A program made the translations under genes and the position numbers. DNA of 64,000 nt from Felis catus (Eukaryota), in the NCBI RefSeq assembly GCF_018350175.1, contig NC_058368.1:117430001-117494000 (forward strand), read 5' to 3'. Shown piece by piece: positions 1 to 11,455 of the stretch (position 1 is the first letter of the stretch; each line of letters starts with the position of its first letter). A model generated the notes under the pieces. It saw nothing but the letters and a program-made list of their open reading frames with translations, did not search any database and had not been told where the DNA came from.

Positions 1-16
1 TTCCACAGATTTGGTG

Positions 17-44
17 ATGCAAATACATGCAAATATATGCAAAT
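17..44 (+). promoter_or_regulatory. Three tandem octamer (POU) motifs ATGCAAAT
   Basis: Exact ATGCAAAT at 17-24, 27-34 and 37-44 (10-bp period). Confidence 0.5.
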
Positions 45-280
45 CGCCATGTAAAGGAGGCTTGCCACTGTGGTTCTAAGTGGCTGTCACAGCTTCTCTG
101 ACACCTGTTCTGAGAGACAGCTGCCCTGCCCCCCTCCTGCTCAGGAATCTATCTGATATTTACCCCCCTTTCTCTTCCAAAACTCTGGCTTCTGGTCCCC
201 TTTCCTTCAGGAACCCTGGCTGGACACTTGGAGTCTTCTCTCCAAACTCTCTAGAGAGGGCAGGGAGGGAACCACATCTT

Positions 281-500
281 ATTGTGCACAGACTTTGGCC
301 TCTGAAAATTACACCATTTCCTGGCTGTGTGGCCTTGGAAAAACAGCTGAACTTCTCTGAGCCTCAGTTTCATCAGCAGCAGAATGGGAATGATGATAGT
401 ATTTACCTCATAAGGTTGTTGTAAAGATTCCACTCAATACTACACGTAAAGTGCTAAGCACAGTACCTTTGAAGAACATAGGAAGCGCATTGGTTATTAC
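281..500 (+). mobile_element. MIR SINE
   Basis: MIR core 'ggctgtgtggccttgg...cttctctgagcctcagtttc...aatggg...acctcataaggttgttgtaaagatt...gtaaagtgct'. Confidence 0.85.
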
Positions 501-985
501 CAATGTGATTATCATTGACCTTGCTGGTCATCGTATTCTGAGGGCTTGGGCTTTAAGACAGGTATGCAGATGGGCAGAGTTCTGGCATGCGCACATGGGG
601 ACTCATCCTTGTGCATGCATGTGCATACACGCGTGCACAGCTGACAGCCTCACGCACTGGCAGGGCACATGCTCGGGTACACACACATTCAGAAACACAC
701 ACAGGAGGAGGCTGTGGGAGGTGGAATCTGAGTCATCGAGACCAGAGCTGTGGGTGGTGCTTTTGTCCTGATTTCCGGGGCTCCACGCTCCATTTCGAAC
801 AAGGAAATGTATGGGGGATGGCACAGCCAAGCCTCCAACTGAAGCTAGTTGTGTGGGCCCTTTCTTGCATCAGCCCCCTCCCCAGCTGGTCCCAACCCAG
901 CTCTGTGTCATCTAGGCTTCTCTTTACTCTGACCTTAATGCTACTAAGTCCCCACAGGTGGGGCTGGGCAGGCACACTGGGTCCT

Positions 986-1020
986 TGACGTCATAGCACA
1001 AGCCCTGGATGACATCATAG
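986..1020. promoter_or_regulatory. CRE palindrome plus CRE variant
   Basis: TGACGTCA at 986-993 and TGACATCA at 1010-1017, both followed by TAG. Confidence 0.35.
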
Positions 1021-1094
1021 AGCAGGTGCTGCCTGCTCCCTGGAGCATGCCCTAGGAGCTTGGTAAGTGTAGTGGGGAAGGAGGTTTGGGGGAG

Positions 1095-1345
1095 GTAACA
1101 TGTGGTGGTAGTTAAGAGCCCGTAATTGGGAAGGAGACAGACCCAAGTTCAATTAAGTCCTGGTTCTGCGTGACCTTTGGTAGTTTCCTTAAGCTCTTTG
1201 GATCTCAATTTCTTCACCAGTAGAATGAGGTCAGTCATACCTAACTCAGAGGGTTTTTGTATCTTTTCAATGAGATAATGCACATAAACATGTACTTTAT
1301 TCAGTGCTGCATGTACTGAATGTTCATATGTGGCTGTCATTGTGG
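1095..1345 (+). mobile_element. MIR SINE (near full length, diverged)
   Basis: 'gttaagagc...agacagacccaagttcaa...ctcaatttcttcac...atgagataatgca'. Confidence 0.75.
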
Positions 1346-1639
1346 ATGATGCTTATTGAAGGTGAGAGCAGATTGTCTGGGCAGACCCACCCCTAGCAGT
1401 TTTATCTATTTCCTGTAGAGCTGCCCCTCCTCCCACACCACCCAGGCCAGGAGGGAAGGAGAGGGCAGTGCTGCCTGGTACATGGGGTCTCAGAGGGCCA
1501 CGTCCTAGGTTTGACATGGGTGGAGATATCATGCATGTGTCTCGGGAGACAGGTTCAGCCAGGTTTTCTTCTCTCGCTGGGAGATACTGGTCAAGATGGG
1601 ACAGAGTCTTGAAAGTTCTTTCTTTAGAAAGAAAGACAC

Positions 1640-1830
1640 TACCATTTAGTGTATACCTACGATGTGCCAGGTACCATGCTGGGTGCTATTCCACGTGAGC
1701 TCTTTTTACCTTCCCAGCAGTCCTGTGAAGTAGCTCCTGGCATCCCCAGTGCACGAGACAAGGAGAAAATGAGCGACTTTCCCAAGGACACAGAGTGGGT
1801 AAACAGAGGAACTGGGATGCAGACAGACTC
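1640..1830 (-). mobile_element. MIR SINE
   Basis: 'tacctacgatgtgccagg...cctgtgaagtag...actttcccaaggacacag...actgggat'. Confidence 0.65.
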
Positions 1831-3049
1831 CCATTCCATGCTCTCTGTCTCACCACATCAGTGGTTTTAACTGATTCAGGTGGACTCCCTGAACATGGCA
1901 TTAGGGAGTATCAGTTCCCTGAATGTGCAGGGGGAAGGTTCTCTATTTCTTGGGTCAGTCTCTTGAGAGCCTTGTGGGCAATGGCAGAGATGGTGTGAAC
2001 TAGTTAATATACTGGAAGTGTCCCCAGGTGTCATGCACTTGGCTCCCAGCCAGTGGCTATATGACATCAGGGAAGGGACACAGGTGTATGGGACACAGGT
2101 GCATGGAGGTAGGGGGTGGCGTAGGGGCAGCCTAGACACCTGCTGAAGGCTCAGTCCTATGCCAGTGGGTAGGTGGGTGGGGAGGGGGAAGCAGCAGATG
2201 GACAGGGTCGGGGTGGGGGCAGGGATGCTGAGTCGGCTCTGAAGCCCAAGGTGACTTGAGAATCTGCCAGGAAGAGACAAATGTGAAGGAGAAGAAAGGA
2301 AGGGAGGGGAGGGGAGCTGCAGTGGAGGAGAAACTGAGGCAGCCCAGAAGGAAAATGGGGTCAGGGCAGATGATAGAAAAGGGTTTGCAGGGTCTGGGGC
2401 AAGAGGACACAAGTTCTTAACCGAACTCTACTGGCAAGAATTGTTCTTTAGTTTCCTCAGCTACAAACCAGGGTACAGATAGTGCGTGTACCCCAAGAAC
2501 CTCTAGTTCTCCACCACTAGAACCTAAACTTCATTTTGGCCTAGCTGCCAAGGAACGAGCCACAGGGAACTTAGTTACTATCGGGCCCAGGAAGGGCCAA
2601 CTTTGGAGGGCTCCAGGGATTGGCTTCCCACCCCAGTCTAACCACATACTCATTTCTCCAAGCAATGGTCACTTTTTCCTCTGGCCCCAGATAGATAGGC
2701 CTGCATAGTAGGCGTTCCAAGAACATTCACTGAAAAGATGAAATGAACAATTGGCTGGTACATTGGTCAAGAATTGCCCCTTAGCTGCTTTACTGTCAGC
2801 AAATAGTTCTGGAGCATCCACTTGTTCTTAGCAAAGAAGACCCAGTCCTTACCCTCAGGATCTAATAGATCAGTGAGTAAAGAGTCTAAGGTGGCAAAGA
2901 GTGTTAGCAGGGTGCCTTCAGAGGTGCTCCCAAACCAAGGCCAAGAGGAAAAGGTGGCCAACGTTTGGAGGAAAAAAATATGTGTGGTTAGGCTGGGTTG
3001 GGGAGCCAGCCCCTGGAGCCTTCTGAAACAGGCCCTTCCCGGCCCCAAC

Positions 3050-3680
3050 AGTGATTAAGGTCCTTGTGGCTGGTTACTCGGCAGCCAGGCCGGAAGAAAA
3101 AGCCCGTAATTAACAAGCTGGCACTCACACAACCACATGTCGGCACGCCCAAGTGCTGGGATAGCTGTCTGTCAGTTGTAGCTGCTGGTGGAATTTTTTA
3201 GACAGCTGGGCTCAAGCCGGGAAATGAATATAAGTTACATTTCTATGCATCGTTGTTCGTGGTGGTAAAAAAAATTAATCAGTGACATAGCTGTGACACA
3301 TACTCATTTAAGAGTCTACAGAGAAATGTTCATTTGTCAGAGGCAGCAAAGAAGAGATTATGTGTCAGCCGGGGAGGGGTGAAATATTTATACAATGGCT
3401 AATAAACACCGGTGTGTAAGGGGGTCAATTGATTGTGTCAGTGGCCACATGACAAATACACCATTGAGCAGCCATGGGTACTACCCCTGTGCCCGGGGGC
3501 TCCATTCTGATGACAAATATACAACGTGTTACTGTTAATGCTCCCCACCGACCACTGGCTCGGCCCTCTTTGCCGTCTGGGCAACCGCAGATTACTAGGA
3601 AGCAGAAATCCCATGGAAGCTGCCTACCCCCAAATTCATTAAGTTGAACTTGAAGTTGGTAAATTACTCCCCAAATACCA
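3050..3680. promoter_or_regulatory. Candidate conserved enhancer (TGACA/TAAT-rich, repeat-free)
   Basis: Eight TGACA/TGTCA sites in 3170-3515, TAAT sites, retained CpGs, no repeat similarity. Confidence 0.5.
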
Positions 3681-4024
3681 AAACAGCTGCAAAAAAGCCA
3701 TTTCTTTGTGTATGTGCTGTTTTTTAAAACTTCATGTTTCTGAATTTCAGAAGGCCCAGAAAATGATTGGTCTTTTTCCCTGTCTCTACCAAGACCATAT
3801 ACCAGCACTCCGATGCAGACCTCACTCTGCCCCATCCCCTCATGGGCACAGTGGTCTTTCTGGGCCTAGACCCCCACCTGCCATTGCCTAAAGGGATAGC
3901 AGTCGGATCAAGACATTTGTCATTCCCAGGGAGGAAGCCCTTGACTCTCACTTCCCTGTATGGACTTGTGAGAATGGCCATCAAGTTTTTCAGAAGGGGA
4001 CGGACATCCTATCAGCAATGAACA

Positions 4025-4205
4025 CTACTAGTTTTTGAGCCCCAGTCACATACCAGGCTCTGTGTCAAGCACTCTACATACATTATTTCACTGAGCCTTA
4101 TACAACCCTTGAGGTAGGCCCAGCTGTATAGCAAGAAAACCAAAACTCAGTTTGTCTAAGGCTCCCAGTTACATGGTTGGAGGTGGGACTCCAAGCAGGT
4201 AGGAC
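4025..4205 (-). mobile_element. MIR SINE
   Basis: 'ccaggctctgtgtcaagcact...cattatttca...acaacccttgaggtagg...gaaaaccaaaactcag'. Confidence 0.65.
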
Positions 4206-4290
4206 TCTGGAGCACAGCCTTCTCCATCCTGGCTTGCCTGTTCCACCATTGTTGGAGCTGTGTGTCTCATGGTTAACACCTGAAACTCTT

Positions 4291-4493
4291 TTCTTTTTTA
4301 AGTTTACTTATTTATTTTGGGAGAGAGAGCAAGCGAGCATGAGTGGGGAAGGGCCGAGGGAGAGGATCCCAAGCAGGTTCCATGCTGTCTGTGAAGAGCC
4401 CAACATGGGGCTGGATCCCATGAACCATGAGATCATGACCTGAGCTGAGATCAGTAGTCGGATGCTTAACTGACTGAGCCACCCAGGTGCCCC
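4291..4493 (-). mobile_element. Can-SINE (SINEC, feliform type)
   Basis: Reverse complement of GGGGCACCTGGGTGGCTCAGTCAGTTAAGC head, CT tract and A tail; 17-bp TSD taacacctgaaa(c/a)tctt at 4274-4290 and 4494-4510. Confidence 0.95.
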
Positions 4494-5034
4494 TAACACC
4501 TGAAAATCTTAATCCTCGTGTTGAAACAATTCAGATTCTAAGGGATTAATTTATAACCCAGAAGATTGTAAACTTGTGGAGGCAGAGGCTGTGTCCCAAG
4601 CTCTTTGCTCACTGCATTCAGTCCAGAAAAACTTGGCTGATTCTCCTTTCTTAACTGGGGAGGGTAGAGCCACTCCCAATCCCTAAAATGCTCCAACCAT
4701 CTTGGCTGAGAACTATGGGACTTGTTCCCACCCCTGCCCCCGTGACTGAGAGAGGCCCCCTCCTCTCTTGTGCACCTGCTCCCAGCCTAGAACCTGCTGC
4801 CAGATGCTGTAATGCCCCTATCGTTCCTGTGAGGGCATCCAGCATCCAACATCGTCATTTGATTTGGAATGCGATGACACCCTGAGAAAACAGTTGCAGA
4901 TGAAATTTCACACATATCTGTGAATGTGGAGATTATAGATAAGCACACGTTGCAGCTTGTTTTTACTTTTTAAAATGAGATTCCTTCCTTACAAAGTGGT
5001 ATTCCACTTTAGATTTCCCACTGTGGAACTGTTA

Positions 5035-5262
5035 ATAATAATAATATTAATTATAGTGATCATAATACAAGTTGTGTTTATTGAGCATTTATTATATGCT
5101 AAGTGCTTTGCGTGTTCTTTTGTATAATCCTCACAATCCCATTTTACAAATGAGAAAAACAGAGAAATTAAGTAATTTGCCCACAGACACACATAGCTAG
5201 TAGGAGGTGGGATTTGAACCTAGGTGTACCATCTGCAGGGCCTCTGGACTCTTATCCATTAA
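5035..5262 (-). mobile_element. MIR SINE
   Basis: 'tttattgagcatttattatatgctaagtgcttt...cccattttacaaatgagaaaaacagag...ttaagtaatttgccca...gggatttgaacctagg'. Confidence 0.85.
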
Positions 5263-5769
5263 GGCCTGAGTTCTCTCGTATTGCACTGTAGTGACCCCAC
5301 CCAGCCCAGCCCCTGACTTTAGCCATGTTGAAATACTCTAGCTCCACAGTTGGTCTTGTTTTCTTTGCACCTGGGCCTTTGCAAATGCTGTTCCCATTGT
5401 CTAAAATGCCCTCCCTTCTATTTGCTCTCAGTTGGGTACCTCCTTGGGGACCACTGTGGAGAAGCTTTGGCTCTCATGTCTTACCCTATCCACAAACCAT
5501 CCCCCTACCCTGGCCTCCAAAGTTTCCCCCAAGCGCAGCCAAGGGTGCCCTAGAAGCCTGCCCTCCCATATTCCCACAGCCTGCAGGGCTGGCTCCAAGG
5601 GTCTAGGACAAAAGGTGACTGGGAAAGATCTTGCACAAGAGTGGACCACATTCCCAGTGCCAGCCCCATCCTCCACATGGCCTCCACAGCATCCTTAACA
5701 TAGTTCTGACCGGATCACTGCCCTGCCACATGCCCCTCTCAACACTGTACAAGCCTCATTTTTCCTCTC

Positions 5770-6068
5770 TCCTCCAGCCAAACTGTCTCACCTACGGGGT
5801 CCCTGAACATGTGCTACTCTCTCTTGCCCTCGGCTCTTTCTGCTCGAAGCATCCTTCCTTCTTTCTCTGCTGCCTGACAGCTACTCATCTTTCAAGATTT
5901 CATTTTGGTTTCCCTTTCCTCCAGGAAGCCTTCCCAGACTTCTTGAGCCTAAGCTAGCTCCTGCAGCGCAGGAGATTGGGATACTGCCCACTGTGGTATT
6001 CCTAATGCCAGGCATGGAGGAAAGCCTCCATGAATGTTTGTCAAATGAATGTCTGAATAAATGAGTGA
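5770..6068 (+). mobile_element. L2 LINE 3' fragment
   Basis: 'ctactcatctttcaag...ccaggaagccttccc...atgaatgtttgtcaaatgaatg' L2 tail. Confidence 0.7.
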
Positions 6069-6519
6069 TCTGGGAGTGCAGAGAACCATAGAGAAGAGAG
6101 ATCCCTAAGAATCCCAGACTCCAGGGGAGGAGATTCTGGAAGTTAAGGGTCTGAGAAGGAGCCTCAGTGAAGCCAGGGAGAGCTTAAGGATGGGCTTCAA
6201 TTTAGATTGTTCAAACAGACCAGCATTGTGCTCATGGATGTTAAAAGCTTTGTGGCCCCAGGAAAGTTACTTAAATTCTCTGAGCTTTGGCTACATCACC
6301 TGTAACATGGGGGCTAACGATATTACCAATATCATAAGGTTGTGTTGGGAATTAAATGGGATAACACAATTCAAGTCGTATATATGTTTTTGACAGCTAC
6401 TGTTGTTGCTGCTGCTGTTGAGAGACTGACGAGGCAGAGGAGCTGAGAGGAGTGGCTGTATAAGCGACTCCAGGGTCCTGGGCAAGGGGACAATTAACAG
6501 GAAGCTGTGTCTGGGGCCC

Positions 6520-6720
6520 GGTTTTGGCCCCCACAGGCTGTGTGACCTCGGACAAGATTCTTCCCTCTCTGAGTCTTGGTTTTCTCCTCTACAAAATAAG
6601 GACATTAATTTCCCTTCCAGTAACTACCCAATAGGATTACTGTGGGAGATCATATGAGATAATATACGTGAAAAAGCTTTGAAATGTGTTCAGGGCTGTA
6701 TAAATGCAAGGGATTATGCT
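6520..6720 (+). mobile_element. MIR/MIR3 SINE
   Basis: 'ctgtgtgacctcggacaag...cctctctgagtcttggttttctcctctacaaaat...tgagataatatacgtgaaaaagcttt'. Confidence 0.75.
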
Positions 6721-7509
6721 TATCTACAGGCAGTTTGTAGGGACTTAATTATTAGTCAGCATTTGCAGGCACCGAAGCTTTGGCGCAGCCCTGTAAATGT
6801 TCCCTTGGTAGCCCCTTGGTAGAGAAAGGGCCCGATGGAGGAACTGAGGCTGGGTTGTCAGCATGTGTTCAGAGGCCCTTGGCAGTGGAGAGTAGGGTGG
6901 GAAGGTGGCACTGAATGGTACAGCACTGGTACCCCCCGCCTTCCCCTGACAGGATCTGATCCCTGGTTCTAGGGCTTCTATCCACCCTTGCAGAGGTGGG
7001 AGTCTGCAGAGAGGGAGAGGAAACTCCTTGGCTTCAGGTGTGAAGGGCTTCAGATGCTGCCAGGGGCGCCTCTTTTGGGTTTGCTCCTGGCAGCTCGGCA
7101 GGCTGGAGGAGCTAGAGACAGGCAGCAGCTGGCGATGACTCGGCATTTGCTAGGCCTGACTGGCTGGTGAGGGAAAGGGGTGCCCGGCCTCCTGGTGTTT
7201 GCACACCCAGAGCTATGTTCTTTGGAGGGTGGAAAGGAGGTGGTCCCAGGTTTCCCAGATTGGTCTGCCCTCCAGAAGCTCAGAGCAAGCACAACTCTTC
7301 ATCAGGGATAGGCAACCAAGCCTGAAAGGGCCCAGCCAGAGGAGTGCCCTAACAGGGCATGGCCTGGGAGTGGATGGCTGTGGAGGAAGGGAATTAAAGA
7401 TGGGTTGGAAAGCAAAGACCTGGCCCTGACATGTCAGAAGTCATTCCTCTGAAGACAGGGAGGAAGGTCAATGGGAGGTTCTAAAACAGGAGGCATGGAG
7501 TCCCAGTGA

Positions 7510-7760
7510 CATCCATTCATTTATTTACTCATCCAAAATATATGTTGAGCACCTACTATGTAGCTGAAGATAGAGCAGTAAATAAGAGGGAGCTATCCCG
7601 ACCTTGTGGAGTTTAGTCTTGCAAAAGAGACGGATATCAAGCATGCATATTCCCCAGGGGAAGTACAGGAGGCTTCAGAAGGGGAAACAAGAGGCTCCAC
7701 CCAGCCTCCACAGTGGAAAGGCCTTTCCTGAGAAATGAGTTTGGAGCTGAGGCCAGAAAG
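7510..7760 (-). mobile_element. L2 LINE fragment
   Basis: 'cattcatttatttactcatccaaaatatatgttgagcacctactatgt'. Confidence 0.65.
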
Positions 7761-8384
7761 AGCCAGCCAGAATGGGGGTGGATTCAGTTCAATTTGACAA
7801 ATATTTATGGCTCATCTACTTTTGATGAACCAACACACCAAGTCTCTGTCCTCAAGGAGTTAGATTTTGAAGGGAAAAGTGTCCCAGGAGGAAGGAACTG
7901 CATGTGTGTAGGCAAAGGCACAAGGGGCCCAGGATACCACAGGAGCCACCAGGAGCTTGGGTGCAGAGGGCAGAAGAGATGAGAGGCAAGGTGGGAACAG
8001 AAGACTCACCGTGGGCCATATAGCGCATTTGGAGATTGTCCCAAGGCAGTGAATGAGATGCTTAGATTTGTGTGCTTGAAAAGCCACTCTCAAGTATCCA
8101 GTGGCACCAGGGGCAGATGAAAAGTCACATGTAGGAGCTTCTGTCCCACGTTCCCTGCTATCAGGCCAGGTGTGAAGGCAGGGCAGGGTGTATGTAGGCT
8201 GCATGTCTAAACTGCTGTCAGACTGTGTCTGTCACTGACCCAGTGTGGGAGGGACTGAGTAAGTGCGTCTGCCTCACGCCTCCTCACACCTTTATTAGCG
8301 TTGGTGAGCTAGCCGTGATCAACAATAATCCTCACGTGGGCCTGGCGCCTCTGTCCATTTGAGTTTCACAAGAGATCTGCCCAG

Positions 8385-8612
8385 GAAGCAGAGCCAGTAT
8401 TCCTACTCCCATTTTACAGATAATGATATCAATAACAATAGCTGACATTATTGAGTGTTTAACTGTGTGAAGAGCATGTGCATATACTACCTCATTCATT
8501 AGCCTCAGGAACCACCTCCATTTTACAGAAGCATTTACAGAGAATTGCCCAAGAGCACACAGCTTGTAAAGAGCAGAGCTGAGACCAGAACCCTGTCCTC
8601 CTGATTGCCTGT
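8385..8612 (-). mobile_element. MIR SINE fragments
   Basis: Two 'ccattttacaga' cores and 'attgcccaagagcacacagcttgtaa'. Confidence 0.7.
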
Positions 8613-9299
8613 CCCCGCCCCAGGCCATCCTGGCCTCTACTGTCTCCTTTCATTTCTCCTCTTGTTACGGCAATCTTCCTGAGCAGGCAGTAACCTGGTA
8701 GTGCTGTTCCGTAGGTAGTGCTCCGTCTCCTGAGCTCACATGGTGAGCTTCGTCCCTTCATACCCCTATCCCTACACCCTGTCTGCCCCCACCCCCACCC
8801 CCTTGCAGGCCAGGGCTCTTGAAATCCTGAGTCTTTGCGCCTGAAATCCGGCAGGCCCCAGCCCACAGCAAGCGCTGGTGCTCTCCTAAATCTTTCCAGA
8901 GCAGAGACCCCTCCTGCTTTCATCTCAGAGCCTCACTTGGTCAGAATAGACAGGAGAGGCAGGATCGATGTGCAGAGAACTCAGTAATAATCCCCGCGCA
9001 GGCAGTCAGGCTTCTGTATAAAGACAGATTAAAAACTCATTGGGTTGAGATAAGGAAATAATTCAGCCAGTTGGCCACAGTGGGAAAGCCTGAGGCTGCA
9101 GGTGCTGGTGGTGGTACATGTGAGGGGGTGGCCTTGGGAAGCTGCACCTCCCCCACCTTCGCTTCACCCTCAGAGCCACCTTTGCTGCCTGCCTTGAAGC
9201 CAAAGCTGACAAATCCCAGTCCCCCAGGGAGCAATGAGGGGGAGGCAGGCTGGGGGAAGCCGAGAGCACAGTTGCTGCCTAGCTCCACACCCTGGTTTA

Positions 9300-9470
9300 T
9301 TTCCTCCACAGCAGTGAAATTATGTTTCTCATTTATTTGTTTACTTGTGTGCTGTCTGTCTCCTCACCCAGACTATAAGCCCCACGAGGCCAGGGATCTG
9401 TTGGTCTTGTGTACTGCAGTGTCACCAGCACATAGTAGGGACTTCTTAATAACTGTTGAGTAAATGAACG
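9300..9470 (+). mobile_element. L2 LINE 3' end
   Basis: 'ccagactataagccccacgaggccaggga...catagtaggg...taataactgttgagtaaatgaa'. Confidence 0.75.
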
Positions 9471-9660
9471 CATGGGTTGGAATCCTGGCTCTTACCACGC
9501 ACTTCTAGGTATATGATCTCGCTGGGCCTCCGTCCCCTTGGCTGAAAAATGGGCCCAGTAGTATCCCCCAAAGATCTCAACCCAGCGCCTGGCTCCTATG
9601 AGGGTCTAGATGAGGATTGTTAAACTGATCAGAAAATTGAAAATGTGTCTGACACGTGAG

Positions 9661-9755
9661 GCGCCATCAGGGGGAGCCCTTGTGCAAGGCGCTCGGCTAG
9701 CTGCGCCCTCCGCTGGCTCCGGGGTGAGTGCAACCAAGGCCGCCCCCTAGTCTTC
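9661..9755. promoter_or_regulatory. Cluster of CTCF-like motifs
   Basis: gcgccatcagggggagccc (+, 9661-9679); reverse gagccagcggagggcgcag (9701-9719); weaker reverse gaagactagggggcggc (9739-9755). Confidence 0.55.
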
Positions 9756-10468
9756 CGCCCCCACCTTTGGGGGGGTTACCTCCTCCCCACTCGGGCCCAT
9801 TCACACGCCCACCCCAACTCCGGCGCGCGTGCCTGCTCCGGGGACGGTCTCCGCAGCCCTGTGTCCCCTCCCCCTCTCCTGTCCCAGACTCCTTCCGCCC
9901 ACGCGGCCCCATATGCTGGAAGAGCCTCCCACTCCCCATCTGTCGAGCCACTTCCTCGCCGCCGTCCCCTCCTCCGGGAAGCTGGTCGTGATTGAGGGGT
10001 GGAGGAAGGCCGACGTCTCACGGAACAACCTCCTTCCACGCCCCACTCCCCTAACCACCCGGCTTTGCAAAAATGCCCTCTGCCTTGTGGGCACGAACGC
10101 CAGGGCCAACCTCTGATCCTGGAGTTGGGATGTGCGAACTGATGCAAGTGAGAAACCTGTGTGTGCTGAATTCAGTCCTGTGGGCAAACGTGCCGAGGCG
10201 GAGAGTGGGAGGGCCTGGAAGGACACCCTAGTGTCAGGCGGGCTGACTGGTGGCCTTCTCCTCTGGCCCTGCAGCACGCAGGTGCCAGATCCCAGGGTCA
10301 AGCTCCCAGGCAGTCAACTCAGTGACCGGGGCAGGCACTTGGGAACGAGGGACAGAGCCACAGTCACTAGGAGCGGACACACGGCCGAAGGAGCACGGCA
10401 CGGTGTGGAGGAACACGGCTTCCTTTTCTCGCCTGAAGGACCGGTTTCTTTTCGCAGATTGATTATTG

Positions 10469-10470
<2 letters not shown>

Positions 10471-10519
<49 letters not shown>

Positions 10520-10532
10520 CGCGCGCGCGCGC
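10471..10532. repeat. (GT)20(GC)11 compound microsatellite
   Basis: Directly visible. Confidence 0.97.
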
Positions 10533-11109
10533 ACTTTCGGGTGTTCTTAGTTGGCTTTTTTTTTTTTTAATGTACCTTGCTTGTCTAATGAATGTTTGAT
10601 TGCACCTACATCCGGAGGCTGTTTTAATGAAAGGTGAAGGCTCCAAGAGGGAAATAAATAAAGGATCATTTCCCCATCCTCTGACCCCCCTCCTCGCCCA
10701 ACAACAGCTCTGCATCCACAGCTGTCTTCTGGAGCCTATGCCCCCGTGAAAGTATTCTGTTCCTGTTTGAATGTTCCTATGTAAATGCTGCTGCTCTCCC
10801 GAGGAAATCACACCCTTCAATCGGTCACTCCCAGGGCTTTTATTAAGGGTGTGAGGGGGGAGATGAATGAGGGGACAGAAGCTCTCAGGGAGAGGAGGAA
10901 GCCTTCCTAGCTGGCCTGAAAGCTTAACTGCAGATTTGCTCACCCACTGGTTGAGCTCATGCCCACTGTGTGCCTGGCCTTTTGCTGAGAGCTATGGATA
11001 CAGAGAAAGCAGGCACAGGTTAGTACCAGTGTCATCAGTTCAATTCATCAACTGTTTGTTTAGCATCCCAGGACCACATTTTGACCCTGAGGAATTAAGT
11101 TCGGAGAGC

Positions 11110-11455
11110 TACAGTTTCCTCATCTGTAGAATGGAAATGAGGAGCAGCTGGGTGGCTCAGTCGGTTAAGTGTCCGACTTTGGTTCTGATCATGATCTCAT
11201 GTTTTGTGGATTCGGGTCCTGTGTTGGGCTCTGTGCTGACAGCTCAGAGCCTGGAGCCTGCTTTGGATTTTGTGTCTCCCTCTCTCTCTGCCCCTCCCCT
11301 ACTCATGTTCTGTCTCTCTCTCTCTCTCAAAAATAAACACTAAAAAATATTAAAATGAAGATGAAAATGAGATAGCAGGTGTAAAGTTCTTAGTACTGTG
11401 CCTGGCACAAAGTAAGCACTTAATAAATGCTATTCTTATTATTTTATTATTATTA
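11110..11455 (+). mobile_element. MIR SINE interrupted by a Can-SINE
   Basis: 'cagtttcctcatctgtagaatgg' before and 'gtaaagttcttagtactgtgcctggcaca...gtaagcacttaataaatg' after the SINE. Confidence 0.8.
11141..11352 (+). mobile_element. Can-SINE (SINEC_Fc2-like)
   Basis: 'ctgggtggctcagtcggttaagtgtccgact...gctgacagctcagagcctggagcctgc...(ct)n caaaaataaaca'. Confidence 0.93.

Larger units (their letters stand above)
9650..10540. promoter_or_regulatory. CpG island (promoter- or insulator-like)
   Basis: Marked rise in GC and CpG content relative to flanks; E-box CACGTG at 9653; GC box ccgcccc near 9755; CTCF-like motifs. Confidence 0.7.

Noticed and set aside
10314..10943. 209-aa ORF with RARA/HTHT runs, and the other CVCV/HTHT ORFs
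   Set aside because: These are translations of dinucleotide microsatellites and CpG-island sequence
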